NCBI GenBank assembly: GCA_963666115.2
Contig: CAXXET010000007.1
Span: 32,001 to 96,000 of the forward strand
Origin: Dehalococcoidia bacterium
GTDB taxonomy: Bacteria; Chloroflexota; Dehalococcoidia; UBA6926
Reading direction: 5' to 3'
Length of the DNA: 64,000 nucleotides
Shown: positions 19,689 to 29,959 of the stretch, piece by piece
Position numbering within the stretch: position 1 is the stretch's first letter
Layout: every line of letters begins with the position of its first letter
Program-made: the position numbers and the translations under genes
Notes under the pieces: generated by a model
What the model saw: only the letters and a program-made list of their open reading frames with translations
Databases searched by the model: none
Told to the model about the DNA's origin: nothing

Positions 19689-20864
19689 TTATCGTCTGAG
19701 CGGTTGGCGGGCGCGGTAGGTTCCGACGCGCCAGAGCCATTCCATAGGGCCGAATCGGTATCGGGCCAGCCACGCGGGCGACCACCACAGCTGGATCAGC
19801 CAGACGCCCAGCACGAAGACAAGGACCGTCGCGCGGCCTATCTCGACATCGGCGAGCAGCCAAGTCAGGACCAGGACGCCGAGGACGGTCTGCGAGAGGT
19901 AGTTGGTCAGGGCCATGCGGCCGACGGCGATGAATCGGTCCTTGAGCCACATCAGCCCGCTCGTCCGCTGCCACAGAATGATGAGGCTCATGTACCCAAG
20001 CGAGGCGGGGATGGTGCCGAACGTGTTGGGAATCTCGCCGATGAACGAAACCTCGCGGCCATAGTCGGCCGCATGCGTGATGACGACGCCAACCGTGGCA
20101 AGCGACAACCCGACGGCAAGTCCGCCAATCGCCATCCTCCGGTAGAACCGATCGGAGAGGGCGCCCTGCATGAACCCCGTCCGGTACAGCCCGGCGCCTG
20201 CGAGAATCAGGCCGAGCGCGCGCATGAAGTAGGCGAAGACTACCAGGCCGGAAATGGCGTCATAGTCGTTCCCCGATGGCGTAACTCCGGCCTCGGGCTG
20301 TGTCCAGATGCCGGCGAGCGACACGTCCGTCGTGTCGACCCAGCCCTGGAGCATGAGGGACGGGATCACGGATGCCAGATAGATGATCACGCCGAGCACG
20401 ACCATGGCGCGGGACGGCAGCTTTCTGAGCAGCAGGAGGACGAATGCGGAGAGCGCATACGCCGTTAGGACATCCCCCTCCCAGATGAACATGTGAATGA
20501 TGCCCATGACGAGCAGCAGGATATTGCGCCACGCGTTCAGCAGGGTTGGGCGCTTTTCACGCCGCGCCACCCGTTCGATGAACAGGAAGATGCCCGCGCC
20601 AAACAGCAGCGAGAAGATGCCCATGAACTTCTGGTCGACCAGTATCTCACCGAGGATGGCGACGGCCATGTCGAGGCCGGTATCAGAGCCTCCCGCGCTG
20701 ATGTTGCGATACGGCACCATGCCGTAGGCAAAGGAGACGGCGTTCATCAGCAGGATCCCGAGGACGGCGACGCCGCGAATCAGGTCGAGGCTGAGGATGC
20801 GGTCCGATTCCGCGACGGGGCCGCGCGCGGCAGCGGGTTGGTCACTCACGGGTTGGTCACTCAT
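19689..20864 (-). CDS. DUF418 family membrane protein
   Basis: LDLIRGVAVLGILLMN, FSLLFGAG, VGRMALTNYLSQ, FGPMEWLWR. Confidence 0.9.
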   Translation of the reverse strand: MSDQPVSDQPAAARGPVAESDRILSLDLIRGVAVLGILLMNAVSFAYGMVPYRNISAGGSDTGLDMAVAILGEILVDQKFMGIFSLLFGAGIFLFIERVARREKRPTLLNAWRNILLLVMGIIHMFIWEGDVLTAYALSAFVLLLLRKLPSRAMVVLGVIIYLASVIPSLMLQGWVDTTDVSLAGIWTQPEAGVTPSGNDYDAISGLVVFAYFMRALGLILAGAGLYRTGFMQGALSDRFYRRMAIGGLAVGLSLATVGVVITHAADYGREVSFIGEIPNTFGTIPASLGYMSLIILWQRTSGLMWLKDRFIAVGRMALTNYLSQTVLGVLVLTWLLADVEIGRATVLVFVLGVWLIQLWWSPAWLARYRFGPMEWLWRVGTYRARQPLRR

Positions 20865-20873
20865 GGGCAAAGG

Positions 20874-22307
20874 CTAGTGGGCGTAGATGGCGAGGCGGCC
20901 CTTGGCGAGGGAATCGCCGACGTGTTCCTTGATGGTTTGGAGCATATCGAAATCATCTTCGCCGACAAAGGTGACGGCCTTGCCTGCGTTGCCGATGCGG
21001 CCCGTGCGGCCGATGCGGTGGATGTATTCCTCTAGGTTGCCGGGCATATCGTAGTTGATGACGTGGGAGATTTCGGGAATGTCCAGCCCCGCGCGACGCG
21101 ACGTTCGTAGCGACCAGCACCTTGAGTTCGCCGGAGCGAAACGCGCGCGCATGACGGCCTCGCGCTGGTTCTGCCTCATGCCGCCGTGGATTGGCTCAAC
21201 GCGAATCCGCGCGCGTTGGAGACGCCGCGACAACCGATCCACGCCGACCTGTGTCCGGCAAAAGATCAGCGTCTTTTCACCCTCAAGGTCGGTGCGGAGA
21301 ACCTCTTCCAGGCCGGCCAGCTTGTCCTCAGAGGCCACCTCATAGTAGATCTGCTCGATCGTGTCGGCAGCCTCGGACTCTTCGCCGATGCCGATGTGAA
21401 TGGGGTCGCGCAGGAATCGCTCGATCATGCGCCGGATGAAGAACGGGACGGTGGCGGAAAACAGCGCTGTCTGGCGTGAGCGCGGGGTGGCGCGGAGGAT
21501 GCGGATCATGTCCTCGGCAAAGCCGATATCCAGCATCTGGTCGGCCTCATCGAGGATAGCGATGCGGACGTTGTTCAGCTTGAGCGTGCCGCGCTGCATG
21601 TGGTCCTGGACGCGGCCGGGGGTGCCGACGATGATCTGCGGGGTTTCGCGGAGGGCCTTCAACTGCACGTCGATCTTCTGGCCGCCGTAGAGCGTGACGA
21701 CCTTGATGCCGCGATGCTTTCGCGAGGCGGCGCAGTTCACCGGTCACCTGCACTGCGAGTTCCCGTGTCGGCGCCAGCACGATGCCCTGCACCTCGCGGC
21801 GCGTCGGGTCAAGCAGCTCAATCATCGGGATGCCGAACGCGGTTGTCTTGCCGGTGCCCGTCTGGGGCGCGCCCGACGACGTCCCTGCCCTCAAACATGA
21901 CGGGGATGGCCTCCACCTGGATGGGCGTGGGGTTCTCGTAGCCCATGTCATCGAGCGCCCGTCGAATCGGCTCGGACACAGCGACTGTCCCGAAGGTCTT
22001 GTCACGCTCGAACGGGCCCCGCTTGCACCTCAATGCGCGGGGCGGGCTTTCGCCGGCGGGCGGGGGGATCACTCGCACCATTCACGGACTGTTGCTCAGT
22101 TCGACGATCTGCCGGCGTGGGCTTGTCCTTGCGGCGGCGTCGAGGCCGCCTGCGCGAGGGGGCGCCGTCAGGATGCTCTATCGTCCGGGTTTCTTGTGGC
22201 GCCGGCGGCGCGGCGGAGATGTCCGGTCTGGTGGGAGGCGGGAGGGTAACGGTGGAAGCCGTTGAGGAGGTGGAGGCCGTCGAGCGGCCTAGCAGTTTTC
22301 GAAGCAC
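20874..22307 (-). pseudogene. DEAD-box RNA helicase split by about 5 frameshifts (probably sequencing errors)
   Basis: PTPIQ, QTGTGKT, PTRELA, LDEAD, SAT and HRIGRTGR lie in different frames; shifts near 22020, 21870, 21720 and 21150-21090. Confidence 0.85.
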
Positions 22308-22316
22308 AAAATCTCC

Positions 22317-23090
22317 TTATTCACACGCCTGGTCAAGTCCAGGCAGGTTGCGCTGTCCAGCCAAATAGTAAGCCTGCTGACACTCCTCGTCGGAAGCAAA
22401 GCAAACAAGCGCGAAATACCAGTTCTCACTTGTAGTGCCATCATCTTGGTGATACTTGCCAGTAAGCTCGTAGGCAGCAAATGGGAGTATGTCGGCAAGC
22501 GCCGCTGGCGGGGAGAGTGGGGCTATCCATTCGGTGCTGATGTCGATAATCCCAGGATTCGGCAGAGCGCCGCTCTGCCGTGTGAAGGTACCCAGATCAT
22601 CACCCTGTCGGTAACATTCATCCTTCCAGAAGCCACGGCGGAGAGTCGCCTCACGAGCGTGCCAACTGAATTCCACGTCAACCCTTCCATCGGGAAATGG
22701 ATTTCGCCACCCCCCCCCAAAATCTGGTAGGAAGAGGTGATCGCCAGGACGAACAAAGCCCGCGCCATTTGCAAAGCCCCAAGGCTCAAAATTTAACCAT
22801 TGCCAAGCCGTAGCGGTTGGGATAGGCGTTGCTGTTACGACGATCACTTGAGGGGTCGGAACGGGTGCTGGCGTCGCCGCTACGATGATCACTTGAGGGG
22901 TTGGCGTGGAGGCTGGCGTCGCCGTGATTACAATGACGTTCGGCGTAGGCGTCGGGGCCGCCTCACTGGGCATTGGTGTGCTCACCGGCGCGGCAATATC
23001 CGTTGGAATAGCGTCGACACGCGTACACGCCATGGCAAGAATGGCCGCCGTGGCAGATAAGCCGACGAACATAACCGATGTTCGCATCAC
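22317..23090 (-). CDS. Hypothetical lipoprotein with 15-aa Pro/Thr repeats
   Basis: Signal ending LAMAC; TPTP(N/Q)VIxxxATP three times (45-bp period, GATCACTTGAGGGG at 22842 and 22887). Confidence 0.75.
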   Translation of the reverse strand: MMRTSVMFVGLSATAAILAMACTRVDAIPTDIAAPVSTPMPSEAAPTPTPNVIVITATPASTPTPQVIIVAATPAPVPTPQVIVVTATPIPTATAWQWLNFEPWGFANGAGFVRPGDHLFLPDFGGGWRNPFPDGRVDVEFSWHAREATLRRGFWKDECYRQGDDLGTFTRQSGALPNPGIIDISTEWIAPLSPPAALADILPFAAYELTGKYHQDDGTTSENWYFALVCFASDEECQQAYYLAGQRNLPGLDQACE

Positions 23091-23176
23091 TCCCTCAGCA
23101 GCCCCGGGCCCACACCTCGTGCCCAGACAGACTCCGCCGATGCCATTGACACCAAGCCATGTTTTCTTGGCTGCGC

Positions 23177-23530
23177 CTAAAATCGGTTGGCACTGTGGTT
23201 CCTGAAGCAGTCTGAGCAGTAGACGGGCCGGTCGCCGCGCGGCTGAAAGGGCACCTCCGCCTGCTTGCCGCAGTCTGCGCAGATGACGGAATACATGCGG
23301 CGCTCCCGCCTTTCAAAGTTGCCGGCGGGCACCTGCCCCGAGGTTGGCCCGCCCGATGTGTACGTGCCGCCGACGTAGCCGCCCTCGCGGTCGCGCTTGC
23401 GGGCCGCGCGGCACTCCGGGCATCGGGTCGGCTCTCGTGTGAATCCCTTGCTGGCGTAAAACTCCTGCTCGCCTGCCGTGAAGACAAATTCCGTCGAGCA
23501 GTCACGACACGTGAGTGTCTTATCGGCCAT
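23177..23530 (-). CDS. Zinc-ribbon / CxxC-x17-CxxC domain protein
   Basis: MADKTLTCRDC...FTAGEQEFY..PTRCPECR; CADCGKQAEVPFQPRGDRPVYCSDCF. Confidence 0.92.
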   Translation of the reverse strand: MADKTLTCRDCSTEFVFTAGEQEFYASKGFTREPTRCPECRAARKRDREGGYVGGTYTSGGPTSGQVPAGNFERRERRMYSVICADCGKQAEVPFQPRGDRPVYCSDCFRNHSANRF

Positions 23531-23739
23531 CGTCATCCCGTCTGTCTCCTTCTGCGCTGTCCTGTCCGACGACCACGATTCGCGCGTGATCACCAGTCGG
23601 GGCCTCTCGCCCATGGGACTTGCCGTAAAGGCTGCCCCGACATTCAGCGCCCAAGGATGCTGCGGCGTTCTCCGGCCGACTACGTGGTTGGTGCAAGCGA
23701 TTGTGCGGTCGATAGTGTCCAAACACACCTGTCAGGTGA

Positions 23740-23748
23740 ATTATAGCA
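23740..23748 (-). promoter_or_regulatory. Extended -10 promoter for zinc-ribbon gene
   Basis: Minus strand TGcTATAAT about 210 nt upstream of start. Confidence 0.6.
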
Positions 23749-23866
23749 GATTGAGACAGCGGCTATTCGCGCGGGCGTCGTGGGGGGGGGCTGTCTTGCC
23801 CGCGCGGGCGTCATTCACTAAGCTTGACGGCGAGGCACGGCGCGTTGACGCGGGAGGGGGCACGCA

Positions 23867-25084
23867 ATGGATTTTCGATTTTCAGCCGAGGACGAGGCGC
23901 TCCGACAAGAGGCGATGGAATTCACGCGGCGTGAGTGGGACGCCAAGGGAATGGGCGACGGCCAGGGCATCTACTACGCCCTTTCCTGGGACCATGAGAA
24001 CCATGAGCTTGAGTCCATGATCAACGGCTTCGAGAAGAAGCTGGCCAACAAGGGCTGGTGGACGATGCACTGGCCGACGGAATACGGCGGCAAGGGCGCG
24101 GGCATCGAGACGCAGATGGCGTACCGGGAGGCGATGGTCTACGCGGGCGCGCCGGCCACGCTGGGCGGGGGACTGGTGGCGCCGGTCCTGATGGTGCACG
24201 GGACGGACGAGCAGAAGGAGTATTTCCTGCCGCGCATCGCCAACGCGGACATCTCGTACATCTCACAGGGTTTCTCCGAGCCGGACTCCGGTTCGGACCT
24301 CGCAAGCCTGCAGACGCGCGCCGTGCGCGACGGGGACGACTACGTCATCAACGGCCAGAAGATCTGGAGCACGTACAAGGCCAAGTTCATCCACATCCTG
24401 GTGCGGACGGATCCGGAGCAGCCCAAGCACCGCGGCATCACGTACCTGCTGGCGCGGCTGAAGGACGAGGACGGGAACTATCTGCCCGGCATCAAGGTGA
24501 ACGCGATCCCCGACGCGCTGGGACGGCATCGGTGGGACGAGGTGTTCTTCGAGGACTGGCGGGTGCCGTCCAACAACATCATCGGTGAGGAGAATCGCGG
24601 CTGGTACGCGGCGATGACGACGCTGAGCTTCGAGCGGTCGAACATCGAGGGGCCGGCGATGCTGATTCGCATCATGGAGGACTTTATCGACTACGCGCGG
24701 AACGTGCGGCAGCACGGAGACAGCCCGCTGGACAACCCCGTCGTGAGGCACCAGATTGCCAACCTTCGGCTGGAGATCGAGGCGATGCGGATGCTGTCGT
24801 ACCGCGTGGGCTGGATGCAAAGCCAGGGCGAGATTCCGGTGCGCGAGGCGTCCATGACCAAGTTCTGGGGCGACGAGATCACGCAGAAGGTGTACCGCTA
24901 CTTCTCCCGCGTGCTGGGCGATTACGGGCAGGTGCTGCCGACGACGGAGCTGCCGCTCAGACTGCCCGTGGATGGGTTCCTGAACTCCAATGCGACCAGC
25001 ACAATCGGCATCAGCATCGCAGGCGGCACAACCGAGGTCCAGAAAAACATCATCGCCCAACGCGGCCTGGGCCTGCCACGGTAG
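23867..25084 (+). CDS. Acyl-CoA dehydrogenase (FadE-like)
   Basis: QGFSEPDSGSDLASL, GQKIWS, TTLSFER, GGTTEVQKNIIAQRGLGLPR. Confidence 0.92.
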   Translation: MDFRFSAEDEALRQEAMEFTRREWDAKGMGDGQGIYYALSWDHENHELESMINGFEKKLANKGWWTMHWPTEYGGKGAGIETQMAYREAMVYAGAPATLGGGLVAPVLMVHGTDEQKEYFLPRIANADISYISQGFSEPDSGSDLASLQTRAVRDGDDYVINGQKIWSTYKAKFIHILVRTDPEQPKHRGITYLLARLKDEDGNYLPGIKVNAIPDALGRHRWDEVFFEDWRVPSNNIIGEENRGWYAAMTTLSFERSNIEGPAMLIRIMEDFIDYARNVRQHGDSPLDNPVVRHQIANLRLEIEAMRMLSYRVGWMQSQGEIPVREASMTKFWGDEITQKVYRYFSRVLGDYGQVLPTTELPLRLPVDGFLNSNATSTIGISIAGGTTEVQKNIIAQRGLGLPR

Positions 25085-25109
25085 CGGGGCGGAAGGCTTC
25101 CACTCCAGA

Positions 25110-26000
25110 CTAGGCTTTAGCCAAGCGAACAGTGCGCGTGTTCTCCAGCCGCTCTCCTGCCGTCTTGATGGCCGCAGGGTTGTCGTCTATCCCTATCCAG
25201 CGGCGGTTGAGACTCCCTGCGGCGACGAGGGTGGTGCCGGAGCCGCAGAAGGGGTCCAGGACGAGATCGCCCTCGTTTGTGCTGGCGGAGATGATGCGCT
25301 CGTAGAGGGCTAATGGTTTCTGCGTCGGGTAGCCGGTGCGCTCCTTCGCCATGTTGTTGAGCGAGGGAATGTCCCAGACGTCCGTGGCTCCTTTCATTTG
25401 GCCTTTCAGTCTTTGGGACGTGGCCGGCGTCTGCGGCTTGTTGAACGTGTACCTGTCCGATTTGGTGTAGAAGAGAATCACGTCGTGCTTGCTGGAGTAG
25501 CGCCTGGGAGATGAGCCGCCGAGGCCATAGCTCCAGATAATCTCGTTGCGGAAGTTGGCGACGCCGAACACCGCATCCAGGAGCTGTTTCAAATAGTGGC
25601 TGGACGTGGGATCGCAATGGACATATATGCTGCCGTCACTCTTGAGCACGCGCCGCATCTCCACCAACCGCACGGCCATAAAGCAGAGAAACGCTGCCAT
25701 GTCATCGCCGTAAGTTGCCCGCGACGCCTCGATGACGCTCAAGGCCGCAGGGCAGGCATCGGCAAGTATCGCCGCCCATTCAGGGTCCACGTCGCGCTCC
25801 CATTGCCAGCGGTCTTTAAATTGGGCGTTGGCGGCGGGGCGTTCGGAGTCGGTGCGTATCTCGCGGCCCTTGTTGAACGGGGGATCAGTGGCGATCAGGT
25901 GGATAGATTCCGATTCCAGGGAGCGCAAGACTGGCAGATTATCGCCTTGGTGGAGGATGTTGGCCTGGATAGCCTTAGTTGACTCGCGCAGGGCTTTCAT
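25110..26000 (-). CDS. Site-specific DNA methyltransferase (N6-A/N4-C, beta order)
   Basis: DPPF catalytic motif precedes YPTQKP and LDPFCGSGTT SAM motif. Confidence 0.92.
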   Translation of the reverse strand: MKALRESTKAIQANILHQGDNLPVLRSLESESIHLIATDPPFNKGREIRTDSERPAANAQFKDRWQWERDVDPEWAAILADACPAALSVIEASRATYGDDMAAFLCFMAVRLVEMRRVLKSDGSIYVHCDPTSSHYLKQLLDAVFGVANFRNEIIWSYGLGGSSPRRYSSKHDVILFYTKSDRYTFNKPQTPATSQRLKGQMKGATDVWDIPSLNNMAKERTGYPTQKPLALYERIISASTNEGDLVLDPFCGSGTTLVAAGSLNRRWIGIDDNPAAIKTAGERLENTRTVRLAKA

Positions 26001-26229
26001 TCATCACCCGCGCATGGAGGACATCATGGGAGGTGACTGCACGGATCTGGTTGGGCGTAACAGTTGCGATCGCCGTGGTGGCTCCATTCACTCCCACGAA
26101 CTCAAGCACATAGGCTTCGGCCCTAGGATGTACGTGAATCACTACACCGACGTCCCCGGGCAACATCATTCCCCCGTCGTCGTCCTTGACGGGTTCCGTG
26201 AGAATGACTCGCGAGTGTTCCTTGTACAT
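25975..26229 (-). CDS. DUF4926 family protein
   Basis: EHSRVILT...GDVGVVIHVH...AYVLEF..G.TTAIATV. Confidence 0.8.
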   Translation of the reverse strand: MYKEHSRVILTEPVKDDDGGMMLPGDVGVVIHVHPRAEAYVLEFVGVNGATTAIATVTPNQIRAVTSHDVLHARVMNESPARVN

Positions 26230-26238
26230 GATGCACCA

Positions 26239-26571
26239 TTAGACAGCATGCGCAGTGATTAGTCTAGGGAAGTCTGTTCCGACGTCAAACTGCCAGACAG
26301 TCTGAACAAGATGCTCGCTGCCATCTGGCAAGCGCATATTGCCTTCAACTGTGTACCTCGTTCCCCAGGGGGTCTCCTGCATCTTTATGACCGAGTGTTC
26401 CTGGCCATGCCTGAATAGCGCGTCAACAAGCTCATTAGGTTGCTCTCGCCTAAAGCCATGATCCGTAAAGAACTTGGCCTTGGGGGCTCCGTCCGGATGG
26501 TCAAGCGCCAGCAAATAGTCGCTCGATTTTTCCCAGGGAACTACCGCACGCTCACGCTCGGGTAAATTCAA
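26239..26571 (-). CDS. DUF6883-like protein (putative toxin/nuclease domain)
   Basis: LP..ERAVVP.EK..DYLL..HPDG..KAKFF..GF; VQTVW....PRLITA. Confidence 0.75.
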   Translation of the reverse strand: MNLPERERAVVPWEKSSDYLLALDHPDGAPKAKFFTDHGFRREQPNELVDALFRHGQEHSVIKMQETPWGTRYTVEGNMRLPDGSEHLVQTVWQFDVGTDFPRLITAHAV

Positions 26572-26583
26572 TGCACGACCCTG

Positions 26584-27981
26584 CTAAAACGCCGGGCCCT
26601 CCGAGAGAGGAAATGGCATCTGAACGTCCGGGTATTTCTCCTGGAGGTGCTTCCATGCCCGATGCGCCAACTCCTCGCCGCGTTGCAGAATGTCGTCCTC
26701 ATCGACATGCAGCAGCTTGCGGTCGCGCATCACCCAGTTGCCCGCCACCATGACCGACTCCACGTCGGACGCCTGCCCGTTGTTGACGAAGTCGGATATG
26801 ACGCGCAGGACCGGCACCATGTGGGCGCGGCGCAGATCTGAGATGAAGAGGTCTGCCTGCTTGCCTACCTCAAGCGAGCCGAGCGTCTCATCCATGCCCA
26901 TGATGCGCGCGCCGCCGATGGTGGCCCAGTCCATCAACTTTTCAGGGGACGGGCTGAACGGGTCATCACGCCGAACACGCTCGACAAAGTAGCCGGTTCG
27001 GACGGCCTCCACCATATCCTCGGCCATGTTGTCCGTGCCAATCCCGATCACGGCGCCGGCCTCTTCAAGGTCCAGCGCGGGCGCCGCCGCGCCGCGGCGG
27101 GCGGCGATAGCAGGGTTGTTGGAGATTCCCGTGCCGTGCCGCCCAAGCGCCTGTATCTCGGATTCGACGATCTCGCGGCAGTGCGCCACAACGAGGCGCG
27201 GGCCCAAAAATTCATTCTGCTCCAGGTAGTGCGTAGGCAGCACGCCCCACGCCGCCATGACGCCCGCCACCTCCTGCTTGCTCTGGGAGAGGTGGATGGT
27301 GTAGCCGACGCCGCGCTCTTCCGCCAATTCGCGCGAGCGGCGCAGCATGGCCGGAGAGACGGAATCGGTCGTTGACGGCGAGAAATAGACGGTCAACCGA
27401 CCGTCCGCCTTGCCGTGCCACGCCTCATAGACATCGACTGCGCGCTGGTAGGCTTGCTCTGCCAGTTCTTCGGAGAAGTCTGCGGATGACTTGAGGAGGG
27501 TTCCGGCGCTGATGACGTTGTAGTTGACGTCCGTCATGGATTCGGTAAGAACGAATCGCGCGCCGGTGTCGGCCAACTGCTGCGCGTAGTTGGATATACC
27601 CCTGCCCTGCTCGAAGAACGTGGTCGTGCCGCTGCGGATGCCCTCGATTGCGCCGAGCAGCGCGAATACCTGCATCTCCTCGGCGGACAGCATGGCCGCA
27701 ACCTGCTCCGGGAAACGGAGCGGGGAGGGGAAGCCCAGGTCTTCCAGGATGCCCCTGCTCAACGTCGCGGTCAGGTGCGTATGGCAATTGAAAAAGCCGG
27801 GGAATACCGCCTTGCCGCGCGCCGAAATCATCTCGGCGTTTGGGTGGGCGCTGACGACCTCGTCAGTCGGGCCGACGGCGGCAATGTTGCCGTCATCGCC
27901 GATGGCAATCGCGCCATCGTGGATGATACGGCCTTCTGGGTCGGACGTAACGATGATGGTGTTGTGAATTACGGTTGCCAT
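26584..27981 (-). CDS. Metal-dependent amidohydrolase (MTA/SAH deaminase-like)
   Basis: PGFFNCHTH, IHLSQ, VAHC, GTDN, GSLEVGKQAD. Confidence 0.9.
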   Translation of the reverse strand: MATVIHNTIIVTSDPEGRIIHDGAIAIGDDGNIAAVGPTDEVVSAHPNAEMISARGKAVFPGFFNCHTHLTATLSRGILEDLGFPSPLRFPEQVAAMLSAEEMQVFALLGAIEGIRSGTTTFFEQGRGISNYAQQLADTGARFVLTESMTDVNYNVISAGTLLKSSADFSEELAEQAYQRAVDVYEAWHGKADGRLTVYFSPSTTDSVSPAMLRRSRELAEERGVGYTIHLSQSKQEVAGVMAAWGVLPTHYLEQNEFLGPRLVVAHCREIVESEIQALGRHGTGISNNPAIAARRGAAAPALDLEEAGAVIGIGTDNMAEDMVEAVRTGYFVERVRRDDPFSPSPEKLMDWATIGGARIMGMDETLGSLEVGKQADLFISDLRRAHMVPVLRVISDFVNNGQASDVESVMVAGNWVMRDRKLLHVDEDDILQRGEELAHRAWKHLQEKYPDVQMPFPLSEGPAF

Positions 27982-27993
27982 TGCTGTTCCCTC

Positions 27994-29832
27994 CTAGCTC
28001 TGCGCGAGCAGGCGCGCGGCCGCCTCGATGTGGGCGGCGTCGATGCCTGCGGCGGACAGCAGGTCCGCGGGCTTGCCGGAGCCCGGCATCCCCTGCACTG
28101 CCAGCTTGATAACGCGCGGCGGCGACGCAAGGCCGCCCAGCGCCGCAAGCACGGCGTCGCCGATTCCGCCCTCTGCCCAATGGTCTTCAACGGTCAGGAG
28201 CGTGCCCGTGTCATTCGCGGCGGCTTCAAGGGTCGCCGCGTCAATGGGTTTGACCGAGTAGAGGTCAATGAGCCGAACGTTGATGCCGTCGGCTGCCATT
28301 GCATCAACGGCCTTGAGCGACTCATGGACGGTGATGCCTGCTGCCACGATCGTGAGCTTGTCATCGTCTGAGGATCGGAGCACGCGGGAGCCGCCCACGC
28401 GGAATATCTCATCAGGCTCGTAGAGAATGGGCGTCGCTTCACGTGTTGTCCGGATGTAGGAGATGCCGTCAATATCGGCCATTGCCGCGACAAGCTGCGC
28501 CGCCTGGTTGCCGTCCGAGGGGTAGAGCACCGTGCTCCCGTGAATGGCGCGCATCATGGCGATGTCCTCAAGGGCCATCTGCGACGGGCCGTCTTCTCCG
28601 ATGGAGACGCCCGCGTGAGAGCCGGACAGCCGGATGTTGGCGCGGCTGACGGACGCCATGCGGATGAAGTCATACGCCCGGGTCAGGAACGCGGCAAAGG
28701 TGGACACGTACGGCGTCCAACCCCGCACCTGCATCCCAACGGCGGCCGCAACCGCCTGCTGCTCCGCGATATAGCACTCGAAGAACCGGTCGGGGTGCGC
28801 CTTGCCAAAGATGTCCGCGTGCGTGGAATTGCTCACCTCTCCATCCAGCGCCACAACGTCCCCTCTGCGTCCTCCAACCGCTGCCAGCGCATCGCCGTAG
28901 GCGCGTCGTGTCGCCATGCGTGAGCCAACCTCGTATTTCGGGAGTCCGCCGCTTGGCGTGACACGAAAGACGTTGGCCTCAACCGAATTGGCGGGCATCT
29001 GCACTGTCACGGTCGCGCCGGTGCCGCCTCCAAGCTCCGTGATGGCGGTTTCCGCGTCCGCGATGGGCCTGCCATGAAAGCCGTCCTTGTTCTCAACCGC
29101 CGACGCGCCGCGTCCCTTCATGGTTCTGGCAATGACGGCAGTCGGACGGCCTTCGGTGGCAACGGCCTCCTGGAAAGCGGCGTTGACGGCGTCAACGTCA
29201 TGGCCGTCGATCTCGACGGTATGCCAGCCGAACGCCTGCAGGCGGGCTGCGTACGCGCCGGTATCCCACCCGTACATGGTCTCGCCGCGCTGCCCCAGCC
29301 GGTTCACGTCGATGATGGCAGTCAGGTTGTCCAGGTTCCAAAAGGCGGCGTGCTCAACCGCCTCCCACATGGAACCCTCCGCCATCTCGCTGTCGCCGCA
29401 GAAGACCCACACGCGGTACGGCAGCTTATCGAGCCGCTTGCCCGCCAATGCGATGCCAACGGCAATCGGCAGCCCCTGCCCAAGCGAGCCCGTGGCCACG
29501 TCGATGGTTGGGAGATTGGGAACGGGGTGCCCCTCGAGGCGGCTGCCCGCCGTGCGATAGGTCAGGAACTCCTCTTCATCGATGACGCCAGCAGCTTTCA
29601 ACATGCTGTAGATCAGCGGCGAGGCATGTCCCTTGGAAAAGACGAGGTGATCGTTGTTGGGGGCATCGGGGCGTTCAAGGTCGTACCGGAGATAATCGCT
29701 CAGCAGGACTGACGCCAGGTCAGCCGACGACATGCTGGACGTCGGATGGCCGGAACTCGCCTGCGCGGCCACGCGCACGGAATCAACCCTGAGCTGTTGC
29801 GCGAGACTCTCCCACGCTGCGACATCACCCAT
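27994..29832 (-). CDS. tkt: Transketolase (single chain)
   Basis: SGHPTSS, SKGHASP, TGSLGQG, GDSE..EG, YIAEQ, GEDGPSQ. Confidence 0.93.
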   Translation of the reverse strand: MGDVAAWESLAQQLRVDSVRVAAQASSGHPTSSMSSADLASVLLSDYLRYDLERPDAPNNDHLVFSKGHASPLIYSMLKAAGVIDEEEFLTYRTAGSRLEGHPVPNLPTIDVATGSLGQGLPIAVGIALAGKRLDKLPYRVWVFCGDSEMAEGSMWEAVEHAAFWNLDNLTAIIDVNRLGQRGETMYGWDTGAYAARLQAFGWHTVEIDGHDVDAVNAAFQEAVATEGRPTAVIARTMKGRGASAVENKDGFHGRPIADAETAITELGGGTGATVTVQMPANSVEANVFRVTPSGGLPKYEVGSRMATRRAYGDALAAVGGRRGDVVALDGEVSNSTHADIFGKAHPDRFFECYIAEQQAVAAAVGMQVRGWTPYVSTFAAFLTRAYDFIRMASVSRANIRLSGSHAGVSIGEDGPSQMALEDIAMMRAIHGSTVLYPSDGNQAAQLVAAMADIDGISYIRTTREATPILYEPDEIFRVGGSRVLRSSDDDKLTIVAAGITVHESLKAVDAMAADGINVRLIDLYSVKPIDAATLEAAANDTGTLLTVEDHWAEGGIGDAVLAALGGLASPPRVIKLAVQGMPGSGKPADLLSAAGIDAAHIEAAARLLAQS

Positions 29833-29959
29833 TGAACCGCCCCTCCTTCGCCTCACCTGCCCTACCCGTCATCATCAACTTTTTTGTGCCTCGTATCAAT
29901 GATGACTGGCTGAGAATTGACCCTCAACCGCCGCGACGCCGATAATGCGCCCATATCCC

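Noticed and set aside
20836-20864. 15-bp tandem duplication at the DUF418 start (SDQP twice)
   Set aside because: Simple in-frame slippage in a disordered N-terminus
23531-23728. N-terminal extension of the zinc-ribbon ORF in the track
   Set aside because: The family starts at MADKTL behind an AAGGAG RBS; the region is better read as a leader
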